Source of the DNA: Escherichia phage Fraca
DNA length: 43,664 nucleotides
Strand: one strand, 5' to 3'
Sequence record: LR597645
The notes below the pieces were generated by a model. That model worked only from the letters and a program-made list of their open reading frames with translations. It was not told the DNA's origin and searched no databases. The translations under genes and the position numbers were made by a program. Every line of letters starts with the position of its first letter. The stretch's first letter is position 1. Below are positions 27,814 to 36,331 of this stretch, one piece after another.

Positions 27814-28007
27814 TTATCCCATTCATTTTTATGGGCCTCGTTTGCATAGTTGCAGACAAACGCGAGAAGAATGTCGCTAATTTCTCTATACTCGTCATCA
27901 TCAACCGCCGATAACAAACTAGCTGCTTCAACAATCAAGGACATATTCTTGAAAGCATCACAAGGATGGATGGACAACCCCTTAAATGTTTTTATCTTCT
28001 GAGACAT
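27807..28007 (-). CDS. Hypothetical small protein, first gene downstream of the putative PL
   Basis: 66 aa ORF starting about 50 bp left of the OL-like operator cluster. Confidence 0.45.
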   Translation of the reverse strand: MSQKIKTFKGLSIHPCDAFKNMSLIVEAASLLSAVDDDEYREISDILLAFVCNYANEAHKNEWDKC

Positions 28008-28029
28008 TTTCTATCACCTCTGAGTTGAT

Positions 28030-28140
28030 TTGATAGAATGATGATAGAGCCTGCTATTGGTATTTGCAATAGATATTGCTATTTAAAATGCTATTGATTT
28101 TTATGTCTTTGATATCAAAAATAAAAAAAATCTATTGCTG
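28030..28140. promoter_or_regulatory. Putative OL/PL operator-promoter region
   Basis: Multiple CTATTG / CAATAG half-sites (28054-28096, 28132-28138) and palindrome TTTGATATCAAA, mirroring the motifs right of cI. Confidence 0.55.
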
Positions 28141-28426
28141 ATGTGTTTGTAACAGCACGGTAGAAATAATTGTCCTTTAGACAGTGATCTACCAATACAT
28201 GAGATATCGGGAGTTGGAGCATCGAAGCTTGAGAATTAAATGGACTGTGAAAGGGCGAGATACTCGCAGAGAGCAAGAGGGTAGGGTAGGAGTTCCGATC
28301 AGGTAGTCGCCCGCCTGGTTGACTGGTGGTTACTATTGTGGGGGCACATAGAAAACCCGACGCACTGGCCGGGTTAAGAATCCATTCAGCTTGTTATGCG
28401 TAAGTTTTTATTTTAATTTGCATTAT

Positions 28427-29134
28427 TCACCCATGCTTCCTGTAGGTCTGCGGCATGCTGCCGATCACCTTTCCGAAGATGAAAATTTTGTTCATCTCTT
28501 CCTTCTCGATTGGTTCCCATGGTAGATAGGTATGGTTGTCAGAGATAACTAAGAGTTTGTCTTTCATCTTTTGTAAGCGCTTAACATGCGATGTGTCATC
28601 GTAGATGAACGCGTATATACCGTCGCCGTCGAAATGCTGAACGCTGATATCGACGAAGAGTAAGTCCCCTGGCTCTATGGTGCCAGACATGCTATCACCT
28701 CGAACGTTGATGATGCGTATCTGCTCCTGTTTCCGGCCATTAAACATTTGACGGGCATCTTCAACTGAGTATTCCACGGAGCGCAGCACCTCCACGAATT
28801 CGCTGTTAATTATGCCCGGGCCAGCACTTACGGTAAGGTCGAGTACGTCAACTCTGAAGATGGCTGGATCTTTTTTGTTATTCATCGGTGGGGGTGGTTG
28901 TTGGTCGTCACCCCTCATTGGTCCAGTACCGTTTGATAGCCACTCCGAACGAACACCCAGGGCATTAGCTATTTCAACGATTTTGGTTGTGCCTCTAGCA
29001 TTTCCAGATGTTATTCGCCATATGGTTGGTTGTGCCATATTCGCCGCTTTGGCTAACTGACCCTGGCTCATGCCCATCTCATGCATTGCGTAGTTAAGTC
29101 TGTCAGCTAGCGTCTTAAGTGTTCTCTCTTGCAT
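28427..29134 (-). CDS. cI: CI-like repressor (HTH plus S24 LexA-like peptidase domain)
   Basis: ATG at 29134 with GGAGG RBS; N-terminal HTH; C-terminal GDSM...K catalytic dyad motif. Confidence 0.85.
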   Translation of the reverse strand: MQERTLKTLADRLNYAMHEMGMSQGQLAKAANMAQPTIWRITSGNARGTTKIVEIANALGVRSEWLSNGTGPMRGDDQQPPPPMNNKKDPAIFRVDVLDLTVSAGPGIINSEFVEVLRSVEYSVEDARQMFNGRKQEQIRIINVRGDSMSGTIEPGDLLFVDISVQHFDGDGIYAFIYDDTSHVKRLQKMKDKLLVISDNHTYLPWEPIEKEEMNKIFIFGKVIGSMPQTYRKHG

Positions 29135-29179
29135 ATTTATAGCCTCCGCTATCACATTCTAGTCAAGCATGATAAACAA

Positions 29180-29229
29180 GTCTATTGCTCATTCCAATAG
29201 CAATTGCTATTATAAGTTCGATAGCAACT
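29180..29229. promoter_or_regulatory. Putative OR/PRM/PR operator region between cI and cro
   Basis: Overlapping palindromes CTATTGCTCATTCCAATAG (29182-29200), AATAGCAATTGCTATT (29196-29211) and TTGCTAT-N10-ATAGCAA (29204-29227). Confidence 0.6.
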
Positions 29230-29248
29230 GAACGGGATTAGCAAAAAA

Positions 29249-29467
29249 ATGAAATCAGCAATTGAAAGAGCTATTGATGCTGCTGGAGGAGTAAATGCTC
29301 TAGCTCGCGCTATAGGTGTAAAACAACCCTCTGTCTCTCGCTGGAGAAAGGTTGGTGTTGTTGGGGTGGAACATGTGCCTGATGTTGCGGCCTTTACTGG
29401 GATTCCCGCCCATGAACTGAGACCTGACAAACCAAAATTATTCCCTCACCCGGGCAATGAGGTGTGA
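29249..29467 (+). CDS. cro: Cro-like HTH regulator
   Basis: 72 aa divergent from cI across the operator cluster; HTH region GGVNALARAIGVKQPSVSRW. Confidence 0.7.
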   Translation: MKSAIERAIDAAGGVNALARAIGVKQPSVSRWRKVGVVGVEHVPDVAAFTGIPAHELRPDKPKLFPHPGNEV

Positions 29468-29468
29468 C

Positions 29469-29678
29469 ATGTCACACCCAATCACTACCGAAAACCAAAT
29501 TAAGCCATTGGATATCGATTATCGCGATCCGCGCGGTGTGATTGTGCATGTCACCGGCTGGAATCGGGATAAACAGCAGGTGTATTTCACCAGACAGAAT
29601 TATCCGCATGAATGCATGCAGCCTGTCTGGAAGTTCCAACAATATTTTACGAAGGTCTCGGAGGCGCAAAATGCGTGA
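29469..29678 (+). CDS. Hypothetical protein (cII position)
   Basis: 69 aa; ATG at 29469 with GAGGTG RBS, 2 nt after the cro stop. Confidence 0.45.
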   Translation: MSHPITTENQIKPLDIDYRDPRGVIVHVTGWNRDKQQVYFTRQNYPHECMQPVWKFQQYFTKVSEAQNA

Positions 29679-30693
29679 TTACGGAAAGGTGTCTCCTCAC
29701 TTCTGGATTGGCAGAACAGGCAAAGAGCTGCGTCAGGCTGGGCCAGAGTCTCAGCTTGTGGCGTTGTACCTGCTTACCAGTCCGCACGCCAATATGATCG
29801 GTCTTTATTACATGCCCCTTGCGTTCCTGTCTCATGAGACTGGATTAACCTTGGAAGGGGCTAAGAAGGGGCTTAATAGCGCCATTAAAGCCGGGTTTTG
29901 TAAGTACGACGAGCATTCAGAGATGGTGTGGGTCATCGAAATGGCAACGCATCAAATCGGCGAGGCGCTGAAACCCGGAGACAAGCGCTGTACTGGAGTA
30001 CAGAACGAATACAACAAAGTATCGGATAACCTATTTCTTTCAGAGTTTTACGAGAAATATTCGAAGCAGTTCAATATGACCTGTCCCCGTAGTAGTGAGC
30101 TCCAGATCCCGGAAGTAAATGAAGGGGCTTCAAAGGGGCTTGCAAGCCAAGAGCAGGAACAGGAGCAGGAGAAAGAACAAGATCAAACTAATTTGTCCGA
30201 TTCGAATCGGACTGATGGCGATAAACCTGACGAGTCGAAAGGGAAACCTTCACAGGAAAAACCTGATTCAGAATCAGATGATGCTGAAGGCCAAGATCCA
30301 GTCGATGTCGCTTTCGAAAATATTTTTTGGGGGGCAGGTCTGAGAAAGGATGCCAAGGTCAAGGCTAAGTCAGCGTTCAGGACCAAATATCGCGACTGGA
30401 AAAAAGCGAACCGAGGTACGCCTGAGAACTTCGCCGTTATGCTGGCTGAAGATATCAGCCTCCGGGTGAAAACACAGCAAATGGGGTTCGACAAACTCCT
30501 GCCAGCGTCATACCTGAACGGAGAGCGCTGGAACGATGAAAAACCAAATGGAGCTCCTCAGATATCCGCAAGCGCAAACGCCATCGGTGGGACAGGTGCT
30601 TCCTGGTTCGCAAAACCAAGTGACGGTTCGGCTGAGGTATTTATCAGCCAGGCAGCCATTGACCGCATGAAGCGCGGAGCTAACCGCCCATGA
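29671..30693 (+). CDS. Putative replication initiation / DNA-binding protein with acidic low-complexity linker
   Basis: 340 aa from ATG at 29671; lies upstream of the primase-helicase; EQ/D-rich linker around 30130-30300. Confidence 0.45.
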   Translation: MRDYGKVSPHFWIGRTGKELRQAGPESQLVALYLLTSPHANMIGLYYMPLAFLSHETGLTLEGAKKGLNSAIKAGFCKYDEHSEMVWVIEMATHQIGEALKPGDKRCTGVQNEYNKVSDNLFLSEFYEKYSKQFNMTCPRSSELQIPEVNEGASKGLASQEQEQEQEKEQDQTNLSDSNRTDGDKPDESKGKPSQEKPDSESDDAEGQDPVDVAFENIFWGAGLRKDAKVKAKSAFRTKYRDWKKANRGTPENFAVMLAEDISLRVKTQQMGFDKLLPASYLNGERWNDEKPNGAPQISASANAIGGTGASWFAKPSDGSAEVFISQAAIDRMKRGANRP

Positions 30694-30796
30694 AAAGAAT
30701 CCTCAAACGTCTACTGGTTGCTGGCTATAACCGCGGCTTTTTGCGTGAGGAATTCGTGACTATGTGCTTTATAAAATTCGATTTACGGAGTGTGTG

Positions 30797-32668
30797 ATGA
30801 CCCCTGCTGAGTTATCTGAAAAATTATGGGACAACGCCGAAAGAGTTGCGAAATACCTGCTTCCACGAGGACACCTCGAGGGCAAGGAGTGGTGCGCTGG
30901 TAATACCAATGGTGATGCCGGTAAGAGCCTGAAAATTAATCTCGGTGGTAAGAAGACTTGGGCAGATTTTGCAAGCGGCGACAGCGGAGACCTGCTTGAT
31001 CTTTGGGTTCTGGTGCGTAACTGCCAGCTGCACGACGCTATGCGGGAAGCGAAAGAGTTCCTTGGGCTGAAGGACGACGATAACCACTTCGAGGCGAAGA
31101 AAAAAACCTTCTCACGTCCAACCAAAAAAGGCGTTAAAAAGGCGAGCCATTGCTACGACTACCTCTCTTCCCGTGGCATCACCCGAGAGACAGCTGATCA
31201 ATTCCGTGTTTCGGACGCAGTCGTCTGGTACCACGATGAAAACCGCGAAATTCCGGCAGTGGCGTTTCCGTATCTTCGCAACGGTGAGCTTTTGCAGGTA
31301 AAGCGAATCGGCACTGAACGACCAAATGGCAAAAAGTTGATCATGGCTGAAGCTGATTGCGAGCCATGTCTGTTTGGCTGGCAGGCTATGGACGCGAAAG
31401 CTCGCGCTGTTGTGCTTTGCGAAGGAGAGATTGACTGTATGACCTACTCGCAATTCGGTATCAGTGCTCTATCGGTACCGTTCGGCGGTGGAAAAGGGGC
31501 CAAACAGCAATGGATCGAATACGAGTATCACAACCTCGACCGATTCGAAGAAATTTGGTTAAGCCTCGATAACGATGATGTAGGGCGCGAAGCCGCAAAA
31601 GAAATTGCTCGTCGTCTAGGGGAGCATCGTTGCCGCCTGGTAGAGCTGCCGCACAAAGATATCAATGAATGCCTGACCTCCGGGATGAGCGAGGATGAAA
31701 TCTGGCACTACTTGGGGACCGCTAAATTCTTTGACCCTGATGAACTCTGCTCTGCGGGTGATCTCCTTCAGGAAACACTGGATGCGTTCGAGCATCGAGA
31801 CGTTGGATTATTTTCCAGCCCGTGGGATTCGCTGAACAGTAATTTCAAATTCCGCGCCGGCGAGCTGACGCTGGTTAACGGAGTAAACGGCCACGGAAAA
31901 ACCGAGCTGGTGGGACATATCGCCGTCAATGCCATGAGCCAGGGAGTCCGGGTATGCATTGCCTCGCTGGAGCTTAAGCCTGGGAAAATGTTGGCTCGTC
32001 TTACCCGGCAAACCATTTGTAGAAAAAACCCAGAACGTACTGAAATCATCATGACTAACGAGTGGTTTTCTGATCGTCTTTGGGTGTTCAAACTCACCGG
32101 AACAGCCAAGGCCGATCGCCTGCTGGAAATATTTGCCTATGCCAGACGCCGCTATGGAATCGATCTTTTCGTTATCGACAACTTGGCAAAATGTGGACTC
32201 GATGAAGAGGACTACGGTGGACAAAAAGAATTTATCGATACCCTCTGCGACTTTAAAAACGAGCACAACTGCCATGTTCTGCTGGTAACGCATGCCAGAA
32301 AAACAAACGAAGCTGCACCAACAGGGAAAATGGATGTTAAAGGCACTGGCGCTTTAACTGACATGCCCGACAACGTTATGGCCGTCTGGCGTAATATCCC
32401 GCGCGAACTGGCGCAGCGCAAAGCTGAAAGAATGGGGTATGAGAGCCTTGATAAGGACGAACAGACTGCTATCCAAATGCCCGCTTCGATGATCCGCCTG
32501 TTGAAACAACGTGAAGGGGAAGGCTGGATCGGAGACATAGGGGCTAACTTTGATTCCCGCTCACACCAGTTTATCGAGGGTGATAAAGGGCCCTTCAATT
32601 ACTTGGCCGGCAAACAGCAAAGTGAACTTGATATTGAGTGGGAAGCCACCAACGCAACGAGGTATTAA
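30797..32668 (+). CDS. DNA primase-helicase (Toprim plus DnaB/RecA-like ATPase)
   Basis: ATG at 30797; Toprim-like VLCEGEIDCMT; Walker A GVNGHGKTE; Walker B-like LFVIDNL. Confidence 0.75.
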   Translation: MTPAELSEKLWDNAERVAKYLLPRGHLEGKEWCAGNTNGDAGKSLKINLGGKKTWADFASGDSGDLLDLWVLVRNCQLHDAMREAKEFLGLKDDDNHFEAKKKTFSRPTKKGVKKASHCYDYLSSRGITRETADQFRVSDAVVWYHDENREIPAVAFPYLRNGELLQVKRIGTERPNGKKLIMAEADCEPCLFGWQAMDAKARAVVLCEGEIDCMTYSQFGISALSVPFGGGKGAKQQWIEYEYHNLDRFEEIWLSLDNDDVGREAAKEIARRLGEHRCRLVELPHKDINECLTSGMSEDEIWHYLGTAKFFDPDELCSAGDLLQETLDAFEHRDVGLFSSPWDSLNSNFKFRAGELTLVNGVNGHGKTELVGHIAVNAMSQGVRVCIASLELKPGKMLARLTRQTICRKNPERTEIIMTNEWFSDRLWVFKLTGTAKADRLLEIFAYARRRYGIDLFVIDNLAKCGLDEEDYGGQKEFIDTLCDFKNEHNCHVLLVTHARKTNEAAPTGKMDVKGTGALTDMPDNVMAVWRNIPRELAQRKAERMGYESLDKDEQTAIQMPASMIRLLKQREGEGWIGDIGANFDSRSHQFIEGDKGPFNYLAGKQQSELDIEWEATNATRY

Positions 32669-32669
32669 A

Positions 32670-32981
32670 ATGGATCGCCTAATTAGAGAAATGTCGTATC
32701 TCTTTACCAAGCAGCGTTTTATGGAGCTTCAGGAAACGGCAAAAGACATCGCAATCGGTCATAGTGATTTTCCTGAGTGTTTCGGTCTTATTGCTGACGC
32801 CATCGCTGAATTTGTTGAAGACACTCCTGATGATGAGTGGCGAGAGCATGAAAAAATCCTTATGCACTACGTTGCTATGCGTGTTCTGACGCTGTGGGGT
32901 AACGGCGATAAAGTGACTGATGTCCAGTGGGCACACCCTGGCTGGTTTGGCACTGCTGAAAAGGGGGAAACCATTCAATGA
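32670..32981 (+). CDS. Hypothetical protein
   Basis: 103 aa; ATG at 32670 two nt after the primase-helicase stop; overlaps the next start. Confidence 0.5.
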   Translation: MDRLIREMSYLFTKQRFMELQETAKDIAIGHSDFPECFGLIADAIAEFVEDTPDDEWREHEKILMHYVAMRVLTLWGNGDKVTDVQWAHPGWFGTAEKGETIQ

Positions 32982-33760
32982 AGTTGGAAGCATCACTAAA
33001 ACACTTTAGCCCTCAGGGTGTGCACATCAGCGACGACGTGAAAGGAACCTCTCCGGATCGTCTCACCGGCACTGATGTAATGGCGGCAATTGGCACCACC
33101 AGCAGCCGTGCGCGCTTCGGACTGGCGGCGTTCTTCGGTAAAGCGGGAATCAGCAAAACGGATGAACAGCTCGCAGTTCAGGCGCTGGCGCGATATGCGA
33201 TGGATGTCGCACCGAAGAATGTTCGCAAAGCAGCTGGTGGGCAGTTCGGATGGTGCATGCAGATGCTGGCACAATTTGCCTTTGCTGATTACTCCCGTTC
33301 AGCGGCTACCAGCGTGACGTGTCACAGCTGCAGTGGTACCGGGTTTATCTTCGGTAATGAGGATGTGGTTAAACATCCTGGTATTTTCGATGCAGACGGT
33401 GCCGAAGTGGTGGCTCCGAAGATAAAAAATGAGCTGGTGAAAAGGGTTTGCGGAACATGCGGAGGAAAGAAAGTGATCCTTGCCCGGTGCAGGTGCGGCG
33501 GTAAAGGCGAAGTGTTGGACCGCAAAGCGACTAAAGACAGCGGCGCACCGGTTTTCAAAACGTGTGAACGTTGCTCTGGTAATGGCTTCTCTGCTATCTC
33601 CTCGGCGACGGTACACCGTGCCATTCTGAAGCGTCTCCCTGACCTCCATCAGTCCTCATGGTCACGCAACTGGAAACCCTTTTATGAAATGCTGGTGGAC
33701 ACTCTGCGCCAGGGGGAGCGTCATGCAGCAGTGGAATTTGAGAAGGCGACAACTTATTAA
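32978..33760 (+). CDS. Putative late antiterminator Q-like protein with DnaJ-type zinc finger repeats
   Basis: 260 aa with four CxxCxGxG motifs; sits between replication genes and the late promoter/lysis region. Confidence 0.5.
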   Translation: MKLEASLKHFSPQGVHISDDVKGTSPDRLTGTDVMAAIGTTSSRARFGLAAFFGKAGISKTDEQLAVQALARYAMDVAPKNVRKAAGGQFGWCMQMLAQFAFADYSRSAATSVTCHSCSGTGFIFGNEDVVKHPGIFDADGAEVVAPKIKNELVKRVCGTCGGKKVILARCRCGGKGEVLDRKATKDSGAPVFKTCERCSGNGFSAISSATVHRAILKRLPDLHQSSWSRNWKPFYEMLVDTLRQGERHAAVEFEKATTY

Positions 33761-33802
33761 TATGATCGGAACAAATGGCGACACTTTTTTGCACGTTAGT
33801 GT

Positions 33803-33840
33803 TGACTTTGCATAAAACTGTCCTGTATGCTTCTGATTAT
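33803..33840 (+). promoter_or_regulatory. Candidate late promoter (PR'-like)
   Basis: TTGACT at 33803-33808, then 17-18 nt spacer and weak -10 (TATGCT); followed about 40 nt later by a terminator. Confidence 0.35.
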
Positions 33841-33876
33841 GGAGTATAGCGCCTGTAGATAATTAACCTCTAAAAG

Positions 33877-33903
33877 CCCGCCACGTTGCGGGTTTTTTTA
33901 TTT
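33877..33903 (+). terminator. Intrinsic terminator (tR'-like) in the late leader
   Basis: CCCGCCACGTTGCGGG hairpin followed by an 11-nt T-rich tract. Confidence 0.7.
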
Positions 33904-34195
33904 CCAGCAAGGTTTTTCTTCATTGCGTTTGTTATGTTGTGTTTTTTAACTGAGGGTCAGTTGATGAGCGCAGATGAAAACTTGTTGAGTAAAATTCAGG
34001 AAGTACGGACGGTAGAGGATGTGGAGCAAGTCAATTTGGGCCTTTCTAAAGGCTGGGTGATTTTGATGATCACCGAGAGCTCTACAGTCTGGGAAGATGG
34101 CAGCAAAAGCAGCCTTGTTACATATCACATGGGCAAGCCGAAGGCATTGCCGGTCTGATCAAGCCTTACCAAATCAAAAATTTCAATCATATATA

Positions 34196-34219
34196 GGCCA
34201 CCTCACGGTGGCCTTTTTT
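34196..34219 (+). terminator. Intrinsic terminator
   Basis: GGCCACCTCACGGTGGCC hairpin followed by a T6 tract. Confidence 0.7.
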
Positions 34220-34436
34220 GTTTCCCCTCGTTCTGAGAGGACTCATGGCAATGATGCATTGACCGTAGGAATGAATTCGGCGTAACTTATTTATGTGGTG
34301 AATTCTTTCTAAGCGAAAGGGCGTTCCAGTCAACTGCTATTTGCAGGTATGCGCGCGTCTTTGCTAACTGGGGCAGAGACACCGGGAGGCACCCGGCACC
34401 ATGACAACAACAATACAATTTTGAAATTCCTTGAGA

Positions 34437-34464
34437 GCCTGCCATAAAACGCAGGCCTTTTTTT
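34437..34464 (+). terminator. Intrinsic terminator
   Basis: GCCTGCCATAAAACGCAGGC hairpin followed by a T7 tract. Confidence 0.6.
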
Positions 34465-34613
34465 ATGGTTTTGTTAACTGCTGCTACGCTTTGAGTTGTG
34501 GGAAGTTCCTGAATGCCCGGTGGTTCTCCTGAACCTGGCGTGAATCAGCCGATACAGCTTCATCCGGGATGCAAGATCAACTCACACCTACCTCACAAAT
34601 AGTCAACTCATTG

Positions 34614-34641
34614 GCCCGCTTCATAAGAGCGGGCTTTTTTT
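34614..34641 (+). terminator. Intrinsic terminator upstream of the holin
   Basis: GCCCGCTTCATAAGAGCGGGC hairpin followed by a T7 tract. Confidence 0.7.
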
Positions 34642-34682
34642 ATTCTTACGCACAACACCCGCACACAGCGAGGTGAGAGACC

Positions 34683-34985
34683 ATGAAAATGAATGATTCA
34701 GGGAACATTTTCACGCAGTTCTTCGCGTGGGTAGCGGCTCTGGCGTCTGCAATCGGATTTACCACTCAGGATCTGGTGTTCATGTTCTTTGGCGCGGCTG
34801 GTCTGCTTTTATCCCTCGCCTCCTACGTGAACGGGCGTGTGGATGCCCGCCGAAAGCGCAGGGAAGACGAAAAGCGCACCCAGATGGTTAATGACTACCT
34901 GAAAGGTGTAGGTGATAAGCCTCTCCATGAACGGCCAGCAGCGGCAAGTGTAGTTGTTGAGGCCTTACAAAAGGAAAGTGAGTAA
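34683..34985 (+). CDS. Holin (class II, pinholin-like)
   Basis: 100 aa with two TM segments and a charged C-terminus; MKM dual-start-like N-terminus; immediately precedes the SAR endolysin. Confidence 0.65.
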   Translation: MKMNDSGNIFTQFFAWVAALASAIGFTTQDLVFMFFGAAGLLLSLASYVNGRVDARRKRREDEKRTQMVNDYLKGVGDKPLHERPAAASVVVEALQKESE

Positions 34986-35521
34986 TGGGAACCAGGGCAA
35001 AGTTAAGCGCGGCAGTTCTGGGGCTCGTCCTCGCTGGAGCTCCGGCTTCAGTTATCCTCGATAAGTTTCTGGATGAGAAGGAGGGCAACAGCCTGACGGC
35101 CTATAAAGATGGCTCCGGGATCTGGACTATTTGTCGTGGTGCCACAATGGTTGACGGTAAGCCAGTTGTGCAGGGCATGAAGTTAACGCAAGCCAAATGC
35201 GACAAGGTTAATGCCATCGAACGGGATAAGGCTCTGGCGTGGGTTGACCGCAATATCAAAGTTCCTCTGACCGAACCGCAGAAAGCCGGAATCGCATCTT
35301 TCTGCCCGTACAACATAGGCCGAGGCAAATGCTTCCCATCGACGTTCTATAAGCGTCTTAATGCAGGCGACCGCAAAGGGGCCTGCGAGGCTATCCGATG
35401 GTGGATAAAAGATGGAGGCCGTGACTGCCGACTGACAAAGGGTCAGAAGAATGGGTGCTACGGGCAGGTTGAACGCCGTGACCAGGAAAGTGCACTTGCC
35501 TGCTGGGAGATAGAAAAGTGA
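34985..35521 (+). CDS. SAR endolysin (lysozyme, GH24-like)
   Basis: 178 aa; N-terminal Gly/Ala-rich weakly hydrophobic signal-anchor segment; lysozyme-like [20 protein letters not shown]. Confidence 0.75.
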   Translation: MGTRAKLSAAVLGLVLAGAPASVILDKFLDEKEGNSLTAYKDGSGIWTICRGATMVDGKPVVQGMKLTQAKCDKVNAIERDKALAWVDRNIKVPLTEPQKAGIASFCPYNIGRGKCFPSTFYKRLNAGDRKGACEAIRWWIKDGGRDCRLTKGQKNGCYGQVERRDQESALACWEIEK

Positions 35522-36063
35522 ATCCGTCTCCGTTAATTGCAGCAATAAAAGCCTGGTGGAAGCCGTTTTTAGTATTGATTGTTGTGGTCGCCGCGTTTAT
35601 CGCTGGCAATGTCTGGAGTAACCGGGCATGGGAAAAAAAGTGGGCAGACCGTGATAGTGCCGAGTCCTCGCAACAAGTCAACGCGCAGACCGCCGCCAGA
35701 ATGATAGAGCAAGGGCGAATTATTGCCCGTGATGAGGCCGTTAAAGATGCTCAAGAGAAAGCAGCTGCCGCGCGTGATGTTTCTGCCCGTTTGGCTGGCA
35801 CTGTTAGTCAGCTGCAGCAACAGGCAAGAAAACTCGCCACCCGCCTGGACGCCGCAAAGCACACCGCAGATCTTGCCGCTGCCGTCAGAGGCAAAACAGC
35901 CGGAGCCAACGCCACAATGCTCGCCGACATGCTCGGAGGTCTTGCAGCAGAAGCTAAATATTATGCTGAACGATCTGACGAAAGCTATCGAGCAGGAATG
36001 ACCTGTCAGCGTATTTATGACTCGGTGAGAGAGTCAAACAACCAATCTGGAGCCTCGCAATAG
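35518..36063 (+). CDS. Rz-like i-spanin
   Basis: 181 aa; N-terminal TM segment then Ala/Gln-rich coiled coil; GTG start overlapping the endolysin stop. Confidence 0.7.
   Translation: MNPSPLIAAIKAWWKPFLVLIVVVAAFIAGNVWSNRAWEKKWADRDSAESSQQVNAQTAARMIEQGRIIARDEAVKDAQEKAAAARDVSARLAGTVSQLQQQARKLATRLDAAKHTADLAAAVRGKTAGANATMLADMLGGLAAEAKYYAERSDESYRAGMTCQRIYDSVRESNNQSGASQ
35777..36001 (+). CDS. Rz1-like o-spanin lipoprotein embedded in the +1 frame of Rz
   Basis: ATG at 35777 encodes [14 protein letters not shown] (lipobox) followed by a Pro-rich sequence, wholly inside the Rz gene. Confidence 0.65.
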   Translation: MFLPVWLALLVSCSNRQENSPPAWTPQSTPQILPLPSEAKQPEPTPQCSPTCSEVLQQKLNIMLNDLTKAIEQE

Positions 36064-36074
36064 TGGGGCTTTTT
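36052..36074 (+). terminator. Terminator hairpin, copy 1 of a duplicated element
   Basis: GCCTCGCAATAGTGGGGC (7-bp stem with wobble pairs, AAUA loop) followed by T5. Confidence 0.55.
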
Positions 36075-36092
36075 ACTAACCGAGGAAACCAA

Positions 36093-36317
36093 ATGTCCGT
36101 TCGCGCTAAATTCCGCTGCCACTTCATTCAGAAAGCAGAAGACGATTCACACCGCACAATCTACATGAGTCCTGTAACTGCAGATACCACCGAAAACAAG
36201 TCGTGGTCAAAGTATACACCTGGCGGCCAGCTGCAGATGGTCATCTCGAACCCTGCAGCGTTCGAACTCTTCGAGCAAGGCAAAGAATACTTCATCGACA
36301 TACAACCGGCGAAGTAG
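36093..36317 (+). CDS. Hypothetical protein (moron bracketed by duplicated terminators)
   Basis: ATG at 36093 with GAGGAAACC RBS; 74 aa. Confidence 0.5.
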   Translation: MSVRAKFRCHFIQKAEDDSHRTIYMSPVTADTTENKSWSKYTPGGQLQMVISNPAAFELFEQGKEYFIDIQPAK

Positions 36318-36331
36318 TAAAGAAATTTCCA

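Noticed and set aside
31808-32293. 161-aa minus-strand ORF inside the primase-helicase gene
   Set aside because: Antisense to a gene with Toprim and Walker motifs; no independent support
34240-34470. Possible tRNA gene(s) in the Q-to-lysis intergenic region
   Set aside because: No GTTCRANYC T-loop, no acceptor-stem complementarity and no CCA end found by eye; needs confirmation by tRNA scanning
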